The notes: generated by a model from the sequence alone, not told the origin. A stretch of 64,000 nt of DNA from Octopus sinensis (GCF_006345805.1 NC_042998.1:68262001-68326000), one strand, 5' to 3'. Positions 26,814 through 40,444 are shown, counted from the stretch's first letter. Numbers and translations: made by a program.

Positions 26814-27042
26814 ATGCCCTGATGTAGTACCAGACAGTGGCCATGCCCTGATGTAGTACCAGACTAGCTATACCCTGATGCAGTACCAGACAGTGGTTAT
26901 GCCCTGATGCAGTGCCAGACAGTGGCTATGGCCTGATGCAGTACCAAACAGTGGCTATGCCCTGATGCAGTACCAAACAGTGGCTATGCCCTGATGCAGT
27001 ACCAAACAGTGGCCTGCCCTGATGCAGTACCAGACAGTGGCT
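26814..27042 (+). repeat. Eight tandem copies of a ~29-bp unit
   Basis: Unit ATGCCCTGATGCAGTACCA(G/A)ACAGTGGCT starts at 26814, 26843, 26870, 26899, 26928, 26957, 26986 and 27015. Confidence 0.95.
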
Positions 27043-27565
27043 CTCATGGCTTCTGATCTTAACTGATTGGAAGTGTTATCATGTACATTGTTTTGTCTTG
27101 GTATAAAAGATGGCCTACAGCAAATATTCTGCTCAACACCACAGATTTGCTTGTCAGTTGTTTGACTTTAATCAGTCGACCATGTCCTTAGTGGCTGACG
27201 ATATGTGCAGCTCTGATCACGAGCAGAAGTAGTGGGGGAGCATCATAGCCATGTGTTGAGAGGAATTCTTTGGGATTTGAATAATTAACCTCTTGAAATA
27301 TGGATGTTTCGTTCAACATCCTAAACAAACCTTATTCAGGGACCTTTTGAGCAGGATGGGTTACTCAACCTGAAGAAAATTCTAATTGGGCCCCACTGCA
27401 AGATTATGCGCCGTTTATCGTGATATCAGATCATCATATCATGCACAAATGGTTGTGATAGATGTGCTTTGGTGTACCCTTATCAGACGGGTAGTCATAA
27501 TGGGTAAATTGGACTTCGTATATTTTACCCTAGTGTTACTCTCATAGCATGCGCTGCTCTCTCAC
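26814..27565 (+). mobile_element. Non-coding retroposon-like element (same family as 3274-3803)
   Basis: Colinear similarity with the reverse complement of 3274-3803; (TAA)n on both flanks. Confidence 0.8.
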
Positions 27566-30126
27566 ATAATAATAATATTTATCTCTATTTGCCCCGGCGG
27601 GGCGTCAGACGAGGGGAAGATAGCCTTTTCATTATTGCCGACAATGGTTTGAATAGATATAGAAAAAGATAATCTTAAACACTGGAATTTACAAATACAT
27701 GTGAGTAGAGAAGAAGAGGCTGCACAAAGACGGGAAGAGGAGTGGGACGCATTAAGCATATATGAAATAAAAAGAAATGGTACACGAAAATATCTATAGC
27801 AGAATAACATCGCCACTTGCACTGATCAAGCTATCCTCTCTTTACTGGTAAAAGCTGCGATGTACATCATTATAAGATTGTTCAGAGGTGAAAATTACAG
27901 AATTTCCTATGAAGAGTTCTTGTGTTGCAATGAAAAGTTATGTCTCCTAGACTGTTGAAATGTAAAGTACTTCGTAACGAATTTCTGAAAATATACTAAG
28001 AAATGTTTAATTTCATTTATTTTCCACGAGTTATATCATGCTGATGATTTCTAATAAGGATGAAATAGTGCTATATATGATTACTTATGACTAGAATTTT
28101 TAAGATCTCTGTAATGAGTAAGAAAAAATTAAATCTGCATATTCTACACATTTTCTTCCTTGCTCTTCGATTTAAATTCAAAATTCTAATCCCACCAGAA
28201 TTTATCTAAATGTGATTATCTCCCTTACAATAGCTAGCCACCTATTTCCTTCTCCTTATACTGCAAAACCGGCTTCTCAAAATAGGCAGTCTCATGTATG
28301 ATTTGGTCTTGGGATTTTGTCATGTGCCCTTTACATATGTTCTCTGCCTTCCAGTCATAAATATTTCACTTAAAATATCTGCCAGGCCTGTTTCCATTTC
28401 GAGTTTGAATGGGATCAGGAACTTGTGGTGTCCTTCGTAAAACAAGTATAGAATTTATCTTGTTGCGGGCTTCTGAAATTATTATCTGGTTCCTGTTCCG
28501 TGTAAAAAGAAAAATCTTTCCAAGCATTGATCACGAGTACCTTTATTAGAGCTCATTCTGTCACCAGCAAACTCCACCACCTGGCCGTTGAGTGTCTATA
28601 GCAGCTTTCACACTGTTACAAGCAAACACTACCATTGGATACCTTAGTGGAGATTATTCTGTTACCAACAAACCTTTAGCAGGCTTTACCCTATTACAAA
28701 TAGACTCCACCACTTAGTCCTGGAGTGCTTTTCGCGGAGCCTAGTCTATTTTAAACATCCGAGCCAGGTCTCTATTTTGCGAATATCCTTCTCTCTTCCT
28801 TCATCCCTCCAACTACTCTTTAAGGCCCTGGAAAGGCTCATTAGCACTCAACCGACATTTCTAGAAAAGTAGCAATCTTTTGGGGTTTTTGTTTTGTTTT
28901 GTTGTTTTGTTTTTTCTAAATAATATATTTCCTGAAAAAATGCATGGCACTGTTTATGATATTCTCTATCTTAATTAGAAATCTACCTGCATCTATTCTT
29001 ATTGATTTTGGTCCGAATGCCACCTATATATTTTCTTTTTTTAAGGAATCACATGATTCCACATTCGTTAGCAGCCAATCGTTAACAACAATCTGTAGTT
29101 TACGGCTTCAACCTGATAGATCTGGAAGATATTCAGACAGTCATTAAATAGGATCCAGACTAATAAAATATTGGTAACGTATTCAAATAATCGATAACAT
29201 ACTACTACTAACAAGCATGGCCCAACAGATTCGTATGTATGTGTATATAGAGAGGGGGAGAGAGAGGGAGAGAGAAAGAGAGAGAGAGGAGAGAGAGTGA
29301 TAAAAAGAGTGAGAGATGCAGTTGTTGCTCCTGTCGTCGTCGTTGTTTTTGTTGCTGTTATTTTTTTATTCTTTTTTGCACTTGTTTTCTTTTGTTATTC
29401 TTTACTTGCTGTACTGTTGTTCCTTTTTGTTTTTCATATTCTTTTTTGGCTGTTCGTTTTATTTTTGCCATTACGAGTGCTTTGTTTGTTTGTTTGTTTG
29501 TTTTTTTCTTGCAGTGGTTGCCCTATGTTATCTCTGAGCTGATCAAACGGACCAACGAAGGAATGGATATAATATTCCAGCCATGGCCATTCCATCTTAC
29601 TGTCGAGCATAATACAACTAGGACCACATTATCGAATACTTGCTATGCGCATCATCAGAGTGTAATGAGTTACAATTTCTAGCGAACCAAACTGTCTTTC
29701 GGGAGCTTCCACATTTCATTCAAGAGAATTAAGGTATCATCACGTGATATTCACGTGATACTACCAAAACCTTGTCGCTAAATTTCCCTCTATGACGGCG
29801 GTTTCGAAAAGTACAAACTAATGTAGAGATGGGTCGGCAGCGACAGCAGCGACGGAGGCGGCGGCGGTGACGACTGGTATCCAAGTAGAAGAGCTGTAGC
29901 TAGTCGTTGACGCTTCTTCATCATGCACATATATAATATACACAGTATATATTATATATATATATATATTATATATATATATATTATATATATATATATA
30001 GTTCAGCAAAATTTAGATTCAAATGAATATGGTACTTAATTTCGGTTGCACCATAATTCTGTATGGTCTTATCCATAAAAATCCGTGGGGTGATTATAAT
30101 CAAAATAAGCAACAAGAATGACTCCG

Positions 30127-30229
30127 GTAATTTGGTACGATCGTTTCGTACTACATCATTTTATTAAATGTTGTAATACTTACAACATTTAATAAAATGA
30201 TATAGTACGAAACGATCGTACCAAATTAC
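30127..30229. repeat. Near-perfect hairpin with 50-bp arms and a 3-nt loop
   Basis: 30127-30176 is the reverse complement of 30180-30229 with one mismatch. Confidence 0.95.
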
Positions 30230-31480
30230 TGAACCTGACCTTGAGATTACCCTCTGTAAGGCCCACGTATTTCTTCGTCGAAATGGTGTCTTTAGTGGTT
30301 ATAGAGTCCACGGTAGCTTCATAGACGATGGTCTCGGACATGCAAACTCCATTTAGCGGGCACAATTTTTTATTCCTGCATGAACAGCTGTTTTCTTGTT
30401 GTGGTTTTTGTGTGTTATGTGTGATTATATTTTTAAAATTGGTAGTTGAATTAAAACTAATTTTTAAATTGTGTTTATTGAAGAGTTTTCTATAAGTATG
30501 GTTAACTGGAAAATGTCTATCTATCAGTGTTAAGAAATATTTACCTATATTGAAGGTCACCTCGGGTGAGTAAGGGGATGTAAACCAGATGATCTTCCTA
30601 TTTCTGTTTTTCCTCTTCTTTACTGCTGGGCTAGTAACATGTGTATATTTTATTTTTTTCGCTAAAACCACTATCTTTTAAAGCCTTATTATAAACTGGG
30701 GCAACGCTATTAAAAATGTCCTTATCGGAGGAGAGGCTAGAAATTCTCTTACTAATATTTTAAACTAAATTTTGAATACTATAGGGGGATGGCATGACCA
30801 ACATTAATATAACTAAGTCTATCCTTGGCTTCCTATAGGCTTATAATATTCTTATTTAGATCTAAGGAAACGTCTAGGAAATTGACACACCGTCAGGTTA
30901 GTATCTATAATTATACTAAGTCCGAAGTATTTCATTAATTGGATAATATCCTTCCTAAAACGGTCCTGTGCTGGTCCATTTGTATTAGCGGTTAAAGCGA
31001 GGGCATCATCTTTGTAGATGGCGAAATATACGTCAGGAAATGTCTTACCTAAAGTATCTTGTAGAAAAAATCCAATAAGATCGCAAATGCCTGCTCCATC
31101 ATATGACCCCATGCTCACATCGAAAGCACCCTCTGTGTCCTTATCATATGTACTGATTTCTATGAAATCGCTAGCGAAGACGAGGGCTTTATCTAGCAGT
31201 TCTTTAGAGATAGAAGCATAAAAATCAATAATATCGAATTGTGTAAACCTCGCTTTTTACTTATTCTTAATGGCTTTAAACCAGTCTACGACTTCTATAC
31301 TATTGGACCATTGTACTAGCCTAGTAGCGGTCTTAATTTCCATGTTTTTTTTATTTTATCTAAATTTCTTTACTAATAATCTCCTTGAGACTATTGAAAT
31401 TGTAACATTATTATTTTATAGATGATTTCCTCTATTTACATAATATTGAAGGTCTCTTCTTTCTTTCTTTGGTTATCTTA
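30127..31480 (-). mobile_element. Penelope-like element pseudogene (RT plus C-terminal GIY-YIG)
   Basis: QFDIIDFYASIS, FDVSMGSYDGAGICDLIG, YKDDAL (RT); IIWFTSPYS; linker CSCRNKKLCPLNGVC; IVYEATV...KYVGLT (GIY-YIG). Confidence 0.9.
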
Positions 31481-31492
31481 TCGTTTTTACCA

Positions 31493-31545
<53 letters not shown>

Positions 31546-31604
31546 TATATATTAAAGTATAAGTGAGGATATATAAACCTCGGAGGATATTTCTATCCAA
31601 GATT

Positions 31605-31726
31605 AGACTGCTTGAGTACTTCATGATATAGGCACACACATATAATTATTAACCAAATTTTTGGGGATTAAATTAAATTTGATTGATTTTATACTATATG
31701 CGATGAATTGAAACAATTGTAGGTCT
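31605..31726 (+). ncRNA. Degenerate hammerhead motif, inverted relative to the adjacent PLE ORF
   Basis: AGAC tgcttga ... long AT-rich stem II ... GAAA CAATTG T A / GGTCT. ACAATTGT palindrome present; core damaged. Confidence 0.45.
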
Positions 31727-31807
31727 TGCCAAAGTATTAATAAACTTTTATTAATCTTATCTCCATCTTCTCTCGAGGTTGATATATATATATATATATT
31801 CTTTTGC

Positions 31808-32029
31808 TCCTTTACTTGTTTCAGTCATTTAACTGCGGCCATGCTGGAGCACCACCTTTAGTCGAGCAAATCGACCCAGGACTTATTCTTTGTAAGCCTA
31901 GTACTTATTATATCGGTTTCTTTTGCCGAACCGCTAAGTTACGTGGACGTAAACGCACTAGCATTGGCTTTCAAGTGATGCTGGGGGACAGAGACACACT
32001 AACATATACACACACATGCATATACATAC

Positions 32030-32063
<34 letters not shown>

Positions 32064-32194
32064 ACGGGCTTCTTTCATTTTCCGTCAACCAAAATCCACT
32101 TACAAGGTTTTGGTCGGTCCGAAGTTATAGTAGAAGACACGAACCAAGGTACCACGCAGTGGAGACTGAGCCTGGAACCATGTAGTTGGGGAGC
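31808..32194 (-). mobile_element. SINE family A
   Basis: Tail, body and partial head on the minus strand. Confidence 0.88.
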
Positions 32195-32305
32195 ATGATT
32201 TTGCTTAGGGTGGACCATGTGTTGCGAACACAAGACCCAGGCACCAGGATTCCGCCTTCTCCAGCGGTACCATTGAAATTGCTGGGTCTTGGTTGATGGT
32301 TGCAG

Positions 32306-32405
32306 NNNNNNNNNNNNNNNNNNNNNNNNNNNNNNNNNNNNNNNNNNNNNNNNNNNNNNNNNNNNNNNNNNNNNNNNNNNNNNNNNNNNNNNNNNNNNNN
32401 NNNNN
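32306..32405. other. Assembly gap (100 N)
   Basis: Run of n characters. Confidence 1.
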
Positions 32406-34049
32406 GTTTCACACTGGTACTTATTTCATGGCTCCCGAAAGGATAAAAGGAAAAGTTGACTTCAGCAGAATTCGAATATATATACGATATATATACGACG
32501 GGCTTCGTTCAGTTTCCGTTTACCAAATCGACTACGCAACAGTAAAATCATGCTTTTAACCCCAATTTGATGCTCAAATGCAAAATGTAATGAGCCAAGT
32601 AATTATAATTCATGAATTAATATCACATCCTGCATGAATTAATATCACATCCTGCAGCAATTTTGAGGAAGGGACTAGTTGATGGCATCGACCCTAGTGC
32701 TCAGTTAGTACTTATTTTATCAACACTGAAAGGATGAAAGGCAAAAATCAATCTGAGAGAGATTTTAACTTAAATGCTTAGCGGTGTTTCTTCCAACTTT
32801 ACGTTAAGTTCAAATTCTTCCGTGGTCGACTTTGCCTGTCATCCTTTATGAGTCGATAAAATAAGTACCAGTTGAGCACTGGGGTCGATGTAATCCACTG
32901 AGCTTCTCCTGTGAAGTTGCTAGTGTTGTGCTGAAATGTGAAATCCAGCAGGATGGCCAAATCGTTAAAATGTTCGCTTCGCAACCATGAGTTCACGAGT
33001 TCTATATTATTCCGAGTAATCTCAGGCAAATGTTGTTTTCTATGGCTTCGATTTGATCCATGCCTTGCCAGAAAGGTTGCACAGAAGACCACCTGGTGGA
33101 TGGTGCCAGTAATTCAAAGCGTAATTTACTGTGTCGCGCTGACTCTGCTCATGAATTACATAAACGGTACACGTGTCTGTAAACTGTGCTCAGTCACAAG
33201 CAGTCAGAGAATTCAGATGATTGGTAAAAAAATCATCCTCGTCAAACAACAGAGACCCACCTGCACTCTTAACAATCAGAAAACATTTCTTATCTATTTC
33301 ACGTCGGAAAACATAGAGAAGAAATCAACACTTATCGAAATTTAAAGTAACTAAATTTTAACTACCTCCAGAGTGCAACCGAGTGTTTGTCTGATTTTTA
33401 AAAGTATCAATGATAAGTTTAGATATTTTCCAGTTTTATGAGACTTCATCAACGAACCATATTCTAAACGCTATCAAGTCTTCAAATGACTGGAGCCAAG
33501 AAATGTTCATCGCATAACATTAAGCCTTTATTGATGAATACAGTTATATTAAAAATTATTAATTCTAGATCTATAAGGCGAGAGCGAAAACCGAAACTTT
33601 TACTAATAGTGCATGCACTCACAGACACACTGTTTTATATCTTTTGCCGGTATAAACCGACAACAGATGTTATATTTTCCAAGCAAGCAAGTGAAAAACT
33701 TGTGCGTTCTCTTGAAGGAATTCCCCTGTGATATTTGTTCTGTAGTGAGTTATACTGAATCCCCTCTTGTCACAGTGGCCGTCAGAATTGCAGTGAACCA
33801 GTGACAGGATCTTTAGAAGCAACTTATAAACAAATTGGGATACAGAACAAAGAAAATGTATAACTCCACACACACACACACACACACACCACACACACAC
33901 ACATACGCACACACATACGCACACATATATACATAAACACACATACAGACAGACACACACAGACACAGATAGATAAATAAATACATACATGCATACATAC
34001 ACACATAAATACATATATACATACATACATTCATGCATGCATAAATACG

Positions 34050-34120
<71 letters not shown>

Positions 34121-34157
34121 GTAGGTAGGTAGGTAGGTAGGTAGGTAGGTGGGTAGG

Positions 34158-34347
<190 letters not shown>

Positions 34348-35024
34348 TAACACGCAAAAACACCTAATATTAGAGTGAAATAAAATGTAAACGCAGAAAA
34401 TGATCCCCGAAAGCAAGATTAATTGTTTGAAGTATTTCAAATGACACTGTAATAAATCATTCCAGGAATACTAATAATTCATTAAATATTTTCTATATTA
34501 TATTTACGAAGCGGCGGATTAGCGAGGCGGTTAGAGAAGTGGATGAGAGTTTTGCGTTATCTGTTACGATTGTTTCCATTCTGAGTTCCATTTCCGATTT
34601 CTAATAACAGTCTCTACCTGGTGAGGGAATGTATTTTGTTTAGGAACCTGCTTAATTGGGATAAGCCTCGGATTTCAGACGGATTAACAGGTTGATTGAT
34701 GCAACATCTCGATCACATCAATTAACTGAGTGGACCCATTACAAAACCTTATAAATGGTAGGAAAGAATACATACATAAACATGAATACATGTATGTATG
34801 ATATATACATATAGGAAGCTTCAGCACATCTTCTGTCAATTGATATCCATAGTAGAGCGTTTGTTAAGTCTGGGGTACCATGCAGTGAGACCGAATATAA
34901 AGAATGTGTTTAGGAAATCAATTTGAAAAGAACATGGTCATCCTTGCTGCAATTTACATATAACTGACACGCAAAAAGTAACTGTGTGTGTGAGTATATA
35001 TATCTATATATTGTGTGTGTGTGT

Positions 35025-35055
<31 letters not shown>

Positions 35056-35374
35056 TGTGTGCGTGTGTACGTGTGTGTGTGTGTGTAGAAAAACACTATA
35101 AGGAAATACCTTCAACTTTCACACGGGAACCCGAATGGACTCCGCTGATAGCTGTGGAGGTCATAACTTTGCCCGTGATACGTAGGCTGGAGGGACTCAA
35201 AGAGGAATATCGCTTGTGGCCGGGCGACGCCGACTCGGAGCCCGCCTTGGTTTTAAAAGAGGCGTGGGTAATGGCGGAGTATACGGGCACAAGCGATGTT
35301 GGGGAGGAAAATTGACAAGAGGTTGAAAAGCCTCAGTATTATAATGTTTAAGTGTGTAAGAGGCTCAGCGCCTC

Positions 35375-35560
35375 AATTTATAAATGGACAATTAAGTCCC
35401 AAAATTGTAAAAACGGAAGTAAGAGGTCCAATTCCCATTTTTGTTTTGTGTGTAAAAAATAATAATGTCTTAATTTGTAAATGAACTATTAAGTCCAATA
35501 ATTGTAAAAACGGAAGAGGTTCAATACCTCGGTTTGTTTTTTGTGTAAAAAATGTTTTAG
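35375..35560. repeat. Two diverged tandem copies of a ~95-bp unit
   Basis: AATTT.TAAATG.AC.ATTAAGTCC.A.AATTGTAAAAACGGAAG...TGTGTAAAAAAT occurs twice. Confidence 0.75.
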
Positions 35561-35867
35561 AGAAGCAAAAAATCGGCGGGCGTTTTTTGTCTTCCATTAA
35601 TATCATTTTATCTCATCATTCATCTCAATGTTTCTGTCCAGCTCGCAAGCTACTCTGTATCATGCTTTTATAATATTTAATAAAGTAACTTGCTTACCAA
35701 CCACATGGTTCCGTGTTCAGTCCTACTCCGTGGCAACTTGGGCAAGTGTCTTCTACTACAGCCTCGGGCCGACTAAAGATTTGTGAGTGGATTTTGTTGA
35801 TGGAAACTGAAAGCCCGTCGTATATATATATATTATATATATATATACATAAAATATAAATATACAT

Positions 35868-35958
<91 letters not shown>

Positions 35959-36509
35959 TAATTATTATTTGAGGGAATTTTGGGGATGAAAAGTTTTTCT
36001 TACTTTCCGTTAACAAATTATTCTCGCCATTATATCTTTTATATATATATTGATAGATATATAAGTTACGATAGATATCAATTCTTATATCTATTTATTT
36101 TTTTTATATATATATAAAGGGATCTAACGTATTACATTTAATTTAAGAATTAATTTCGTCAAACAATATATTATTTAATTATTAGGTGGCATATTTATTA
36201 TGTAATATTAAATTTAAGTTAATTGGGTATTATATTATTTGATATTTAGTCATCTATGTTATAGATTGATATATTAAAATCTATAGATACTACACCTGTA
36301 TATTAATTATAGTTAGTTATTTAATGAGTTTGTCTATATTTGAACCATTCTTATTTTGATTACAATTTTATGACTTGTACTAGCATTGTGTATTTTAATT
36401 AATTTTAAAGTATTTAATAATTTAAGTATTTTTTAGTTTCACTTTATGTATATTTAGTATTTTCATATATATCTATAGAATATAAATATATATAATATAT
36501 ATATATTAT

Positions 36510-36582
<73 letters not shown>

Positions 36583-36624
36583 GTATATTTCTTAAATTAT
36601 TATTTTATTATTCTAGTTTATTTT

Positions 36625-36713
36625 TAACCTGATGAGTGGCTATATTTATATCGAAGTGATTTTACTACTACTATAATCATTTTTTAAATATAGCCATGAA
36701 ACACGTGTCGTTA
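36625..36713 (+). ncRNA. Type I hammerhead ribozyme with long stem II, intact core
   Basis: TAAC CTGATGA G TGGCTATATTT...AAATATAGCCA T GAAA CACGTG T C / GTTA; ACACGTGT palindrome and GUC site. Confidence 0.85.
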
Positions 36714-36963
36714 TTCTACCAATTATATATGTTTTTATTATTTTTTTGCAATTTACTTAATCTTTGATATTTTATTGTTATTTTAATTTTAATATTTCTA
36801 TTATATGTAATTTTCTAGATGGTGTTATTTAATTGTTCATTTTGAATAAGTACTGGGCTTACAAAGAATAAGTCCTGGGGTCGATTTTCTCGACTAAAGG
36901 CGGTGCTCCAGCATGGCCGTAGTCAAATGACTGAAACAAGTAAAAGAGTAAAGAGTAAAAGAG

Positions 36964-37028
<65 letters not shown>

Positions 37029-37887
37029 ATGTATGTATGTATGTATGTATGTATGTGTTTGTGTGTTTGCGTTTGTCCCCCAACATCGGTTGACAACCGA
37101 TGCTGGCGTGTTTATGTCTCCCTTCACTTAGCGGTTCAACAAGGGTGACCAATAAAATAAGTGCTAGGCTTACAAAGAATAAGTCCTGGGGTCGATTTGC
37201 TTGACTAAAGGCGGACGCAGTCAAATGACTGAAACAAATAAAAGAATAAAAGAATATGTGTGTGTGTGTCTACACACACATACACACACGTGTATGGAAA
37301 AATGGTAAAAGAGAGTGACTTATCTGTAGCTGACATACATACATACATACATGCATATACATACATACATACATACATACATACATACATACATACATAC
37401 ATACATACATACTACATACATACATACATAAATAAATACATACATACATACATACATACATACATACATACATACATACATACATACATACATACATACA
37501 TACATACATACAAAACAGGAATAATTCAGTTCATTGTCTATGTTGAACATATGCACGTTTAATATTAGCATCTTTGTACCTTGTTGTCAGTAGAATATTT
37601 TATTTGCTAGTTGGCAAAATATATCATAATACATCAAAATCGATATATTCAATACACCACCAATCGTGTGAACAGTAGACGTCCGTTTTACCTTTCTAGA
37701 AGACACAGGGGAATATATTCCGATAACGTACGACTTGTACATACAGCCCGATCACTCTATATTTATGTATAGCAGTTACTTGGCGTATTATCTGTCTATA
37801 TGTATGCATGTACGTGTACGTATACGTATATATATATATATATATATATACGTATGTATGTATGCATGCATATATATACATATATTG

Positions 37888-37931
<44 letters not shown>

Positions 37932-38344
37932 TATATATATATCTATATATATATATATATATATATATATGCATATATGTACGTATGTTTATATGTATGT
38001 ATGCATATATCACATTGTACATATACTTGTATATCTATATAAGTATATATGAATATATATATGTATCTATTATATATATATATGTGTGTGTGTGTATAGG
38101 TATTTATATATGTATATGTAGGTAAGAGGTAGGTAGGTAGGGAGGGAGGGAGGGAGGTAGGGAGGGGGTGGAGGTAGTTAGGTAGAGAGAGATAGGTAAA
38201 TGTATGAGTAGGTGTGAGTATATGGGTTTATGTCTATATGTATATATGGGGCGTACAAATATATAGGCATGTGTATGTATATATATATATATATATATAT
38301 TACATATGTATATGTGTATGTATGCATGTACGTGTATGTATATG

Positions 38345-38430
<86 letters not shown>

Positions 38431-38589
38431 GCATAGGCATTTTGTCTGTATTGATGTAGGGCTGTAAAACATGGAGTTAATATTCAAAACATGTTAAAAA
38501 TTTGGAACGTTTTCAGGAAAAGTGTCTTCGATAAATTTTACGTATATCGTGTAAAGATTATGTGAGTGATGTCGAGGTCTTGAAGTTTA

Positions 38590-39354
38590 CAAATATAGTA
38601 AATAGAGAAGCAGTCTTGTGAAGTAATAGACTGAGAAAATTTGGGCCACGTTTTTCATATGAAAGATTAAAGAAAGCCAACATGTCTATTCTACGGAGTA
38701 CCAAGTACTGAAAAAAAGAGTCCCTCACAAATTTAAGTTTAGATAGGAATGACTATCTTAAGTCTAATATAAGCATATGTCCTTAAGGTTATCTTCAATG
38801 CTATAAAGAACCAAATTGATCTCAACAACAGTGAAAAATATCCGTTGAAAGTACGAACTAGAGGTTTCATTACCTTCGTGCGCTCAGGACAAGGGGTCCG
38901 GTTCAAGAACAACAAACTTCCTGTGAGCGATGAAAAGTGGAACGGCTATTGGGAGGTGACTGCAGATTTACCGGGGCAGTCAGGGACTCTTTCTCATCCC
39001 AGTTACGAAAAAAAACAGACATTTTAATATGGTGTGAAGGAAAGAAAGTTGTGAATCTAGTTGAGTTAACGGTTCCTCATGAAAATAACATGGATACCGC
39101 TCGGGCTCGAAAGATTGACCGTTACGTAAACCTCCTCGAGAAATGTGAAGACGTAGGTTGGAAAGCGGAGCATTTTCCAATTGAAGTCGGATATAGAGGG
39201 TTTGTTGGACACAGTGTGAGACGACTGTTGTTATCGTTAGGCCTAACTCATCGTAAAGTAAATACCACCGTAACCGATGTCCTAACTACAGTGAAAAAGG
39301 CTACCACTGGGTTTGGTTAAAAAGAGACGATGAGCGATGGCTAGAAGAGTATTG
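38590..39354 (+). mobile_element. HERO-like non-LTR retrotransposon 3' fragment (restriction-like endonuclease)
   Basis: DILIWCEGKKVVNLVELTVPHENNM..RKIDRY..GWKAEHFPIEVGYRGF is a PD-(D/E)xK RLE of the HERO type; frameshifted. Confidence 0.75.
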
Positions 39355-39600
39355 AGCTATATTCAATAACCAGTTGTTCTAGCAAATGATAACAGTGTAC
39401 GTGGTTCGGTACGCATGATGCCATCGAGAGATAGGCCCCCAAAACGGCGCGCATTCTCTCCTGATGGTCCCATACACTTGCTGGCTTCCGGTATGCGAAG
39501 TTCTCCACTGGTAGCACTTGCTTGTGCATGTTGTTTGCAAAACAACATGTTCGTATCTTTTCTCATTTGTGTCTCTTTGCATATCCTTGTTCCTCTTTGT
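39355..39600 (-). mobile_element. Possible 3' end of an R1/LOA-like LINE
   Basis: LDGIMRTEPRTLLSFARTTGY resembles the C-terminus of these LINEs; short and degenerate. Confidence 0.3.
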
Positions 39601-39830
39601 CAGAGAAATACTAGAAATAGTATTTTGCTAAAGGTATGAAATATTGGGAAACTAAATTTGATATAGCAGTGCTTTGACTTCTGGTCACCCGAGGATTCGC
39701 ATGTATACAGTTATTTTTGCATCATATTAATACAATATTGCGTATAATATACAGGCGTGGGAAAAAGTAGGTATACAGTTACTAAATACGAACAGTAGAA
39801 ATCTCAAAAACGTTTACCATCTCAACTATT

Positions 39831-39883
39831 TCCCAGACCATGGTTTCTAACTATTCGCTGAAGGCCAGTTTTCATCAGTGGGA
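39831..39883 (-). ncRNA. Type I hammerhead ribozyme, intact core (copy 1)
   Basis: TCCCA CTGATGA A AACT ggccttcagcgaat AGTT A GAAA CCATGG T C / TGGGA; 5-bp stem I, ACCATGGT palindrome, GUC site. Confidence 0.85.
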
Positions 39884-40263
39884 TAGCCTTTAGATTTCAG
39901 ACATACAGACAGCCAGATCCATATGTAGAACTAACGGTTTGTATATCCTAACTTTTCAAACCACTGCGCAGACGCAGATTATACCCGGCGACAGAGAGGA
40001 TGCCAGTAAAAATTTCGAACAAATTTATCAAACAATATTTAAACATAATAACTAGGGTAATAATAAGTTATTATTACCAGTGGCCTAGCACAAAAAACGA
40101 ATTAGTCATTAGACTATATATTATTCATATAGAAATACAATAAGAGGCTTCCAAATAGGAAAGCGTTGTGCTAGAAAGAGCAGTAGAAATCTCAAAAACC
40201 ACAAAAAAAAGGATAAATTCTCGAAAGGAGGGAAAATTAAAAACGTTTACCATCTCAACTATT

Positions 40264-40316
40264 TCCCAGACCATGGTTTCTAACTATTCGCTGAAGGCCA
40301 GTTTTCATCAGTGGGA
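40264..40316 (-). ncRNA. Type I hammerhead ribozyme, intact core (copy 2)
   Basis: Identical to 39831-39883. Confidence 0.85.
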
Positions 40317-40444
40317 TAGCCTTTAGATTTAAGATATACAGACAGCCAGATCGACATGTAGAAACCATGGAGAAGAAGAAGAAGAAGAAGAAGAAGAAGA
40401 AGAAGAAGAAGAAGAAGAAGAAGAAGAAGAAGAAGAAGAAGAAG

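Larger units (their letters stand above)
39790..40364 (-). mobile_element. 433-nt unit present about 1.3 times, with two identical HHRs (retrozyme-like)
   Basis: About 135 nt repeated at offset 433 (TCCCA at 39831 and 40264); abuts (GAA)n. Confidence 0.8.

Noticed and set aside
30140-30160. GAAACGATCGTA inside the hairpin looks like an HHR stem III
   Set aside because: It is the inverted copy of coding sequence (VRSF) and has no proper core or stem I.
32195-32305. GC-richer stretch next to the gap as possible foreign DNA
   Set aside because: Only about 110 nt, at a contig end, with no diagnostic motif.
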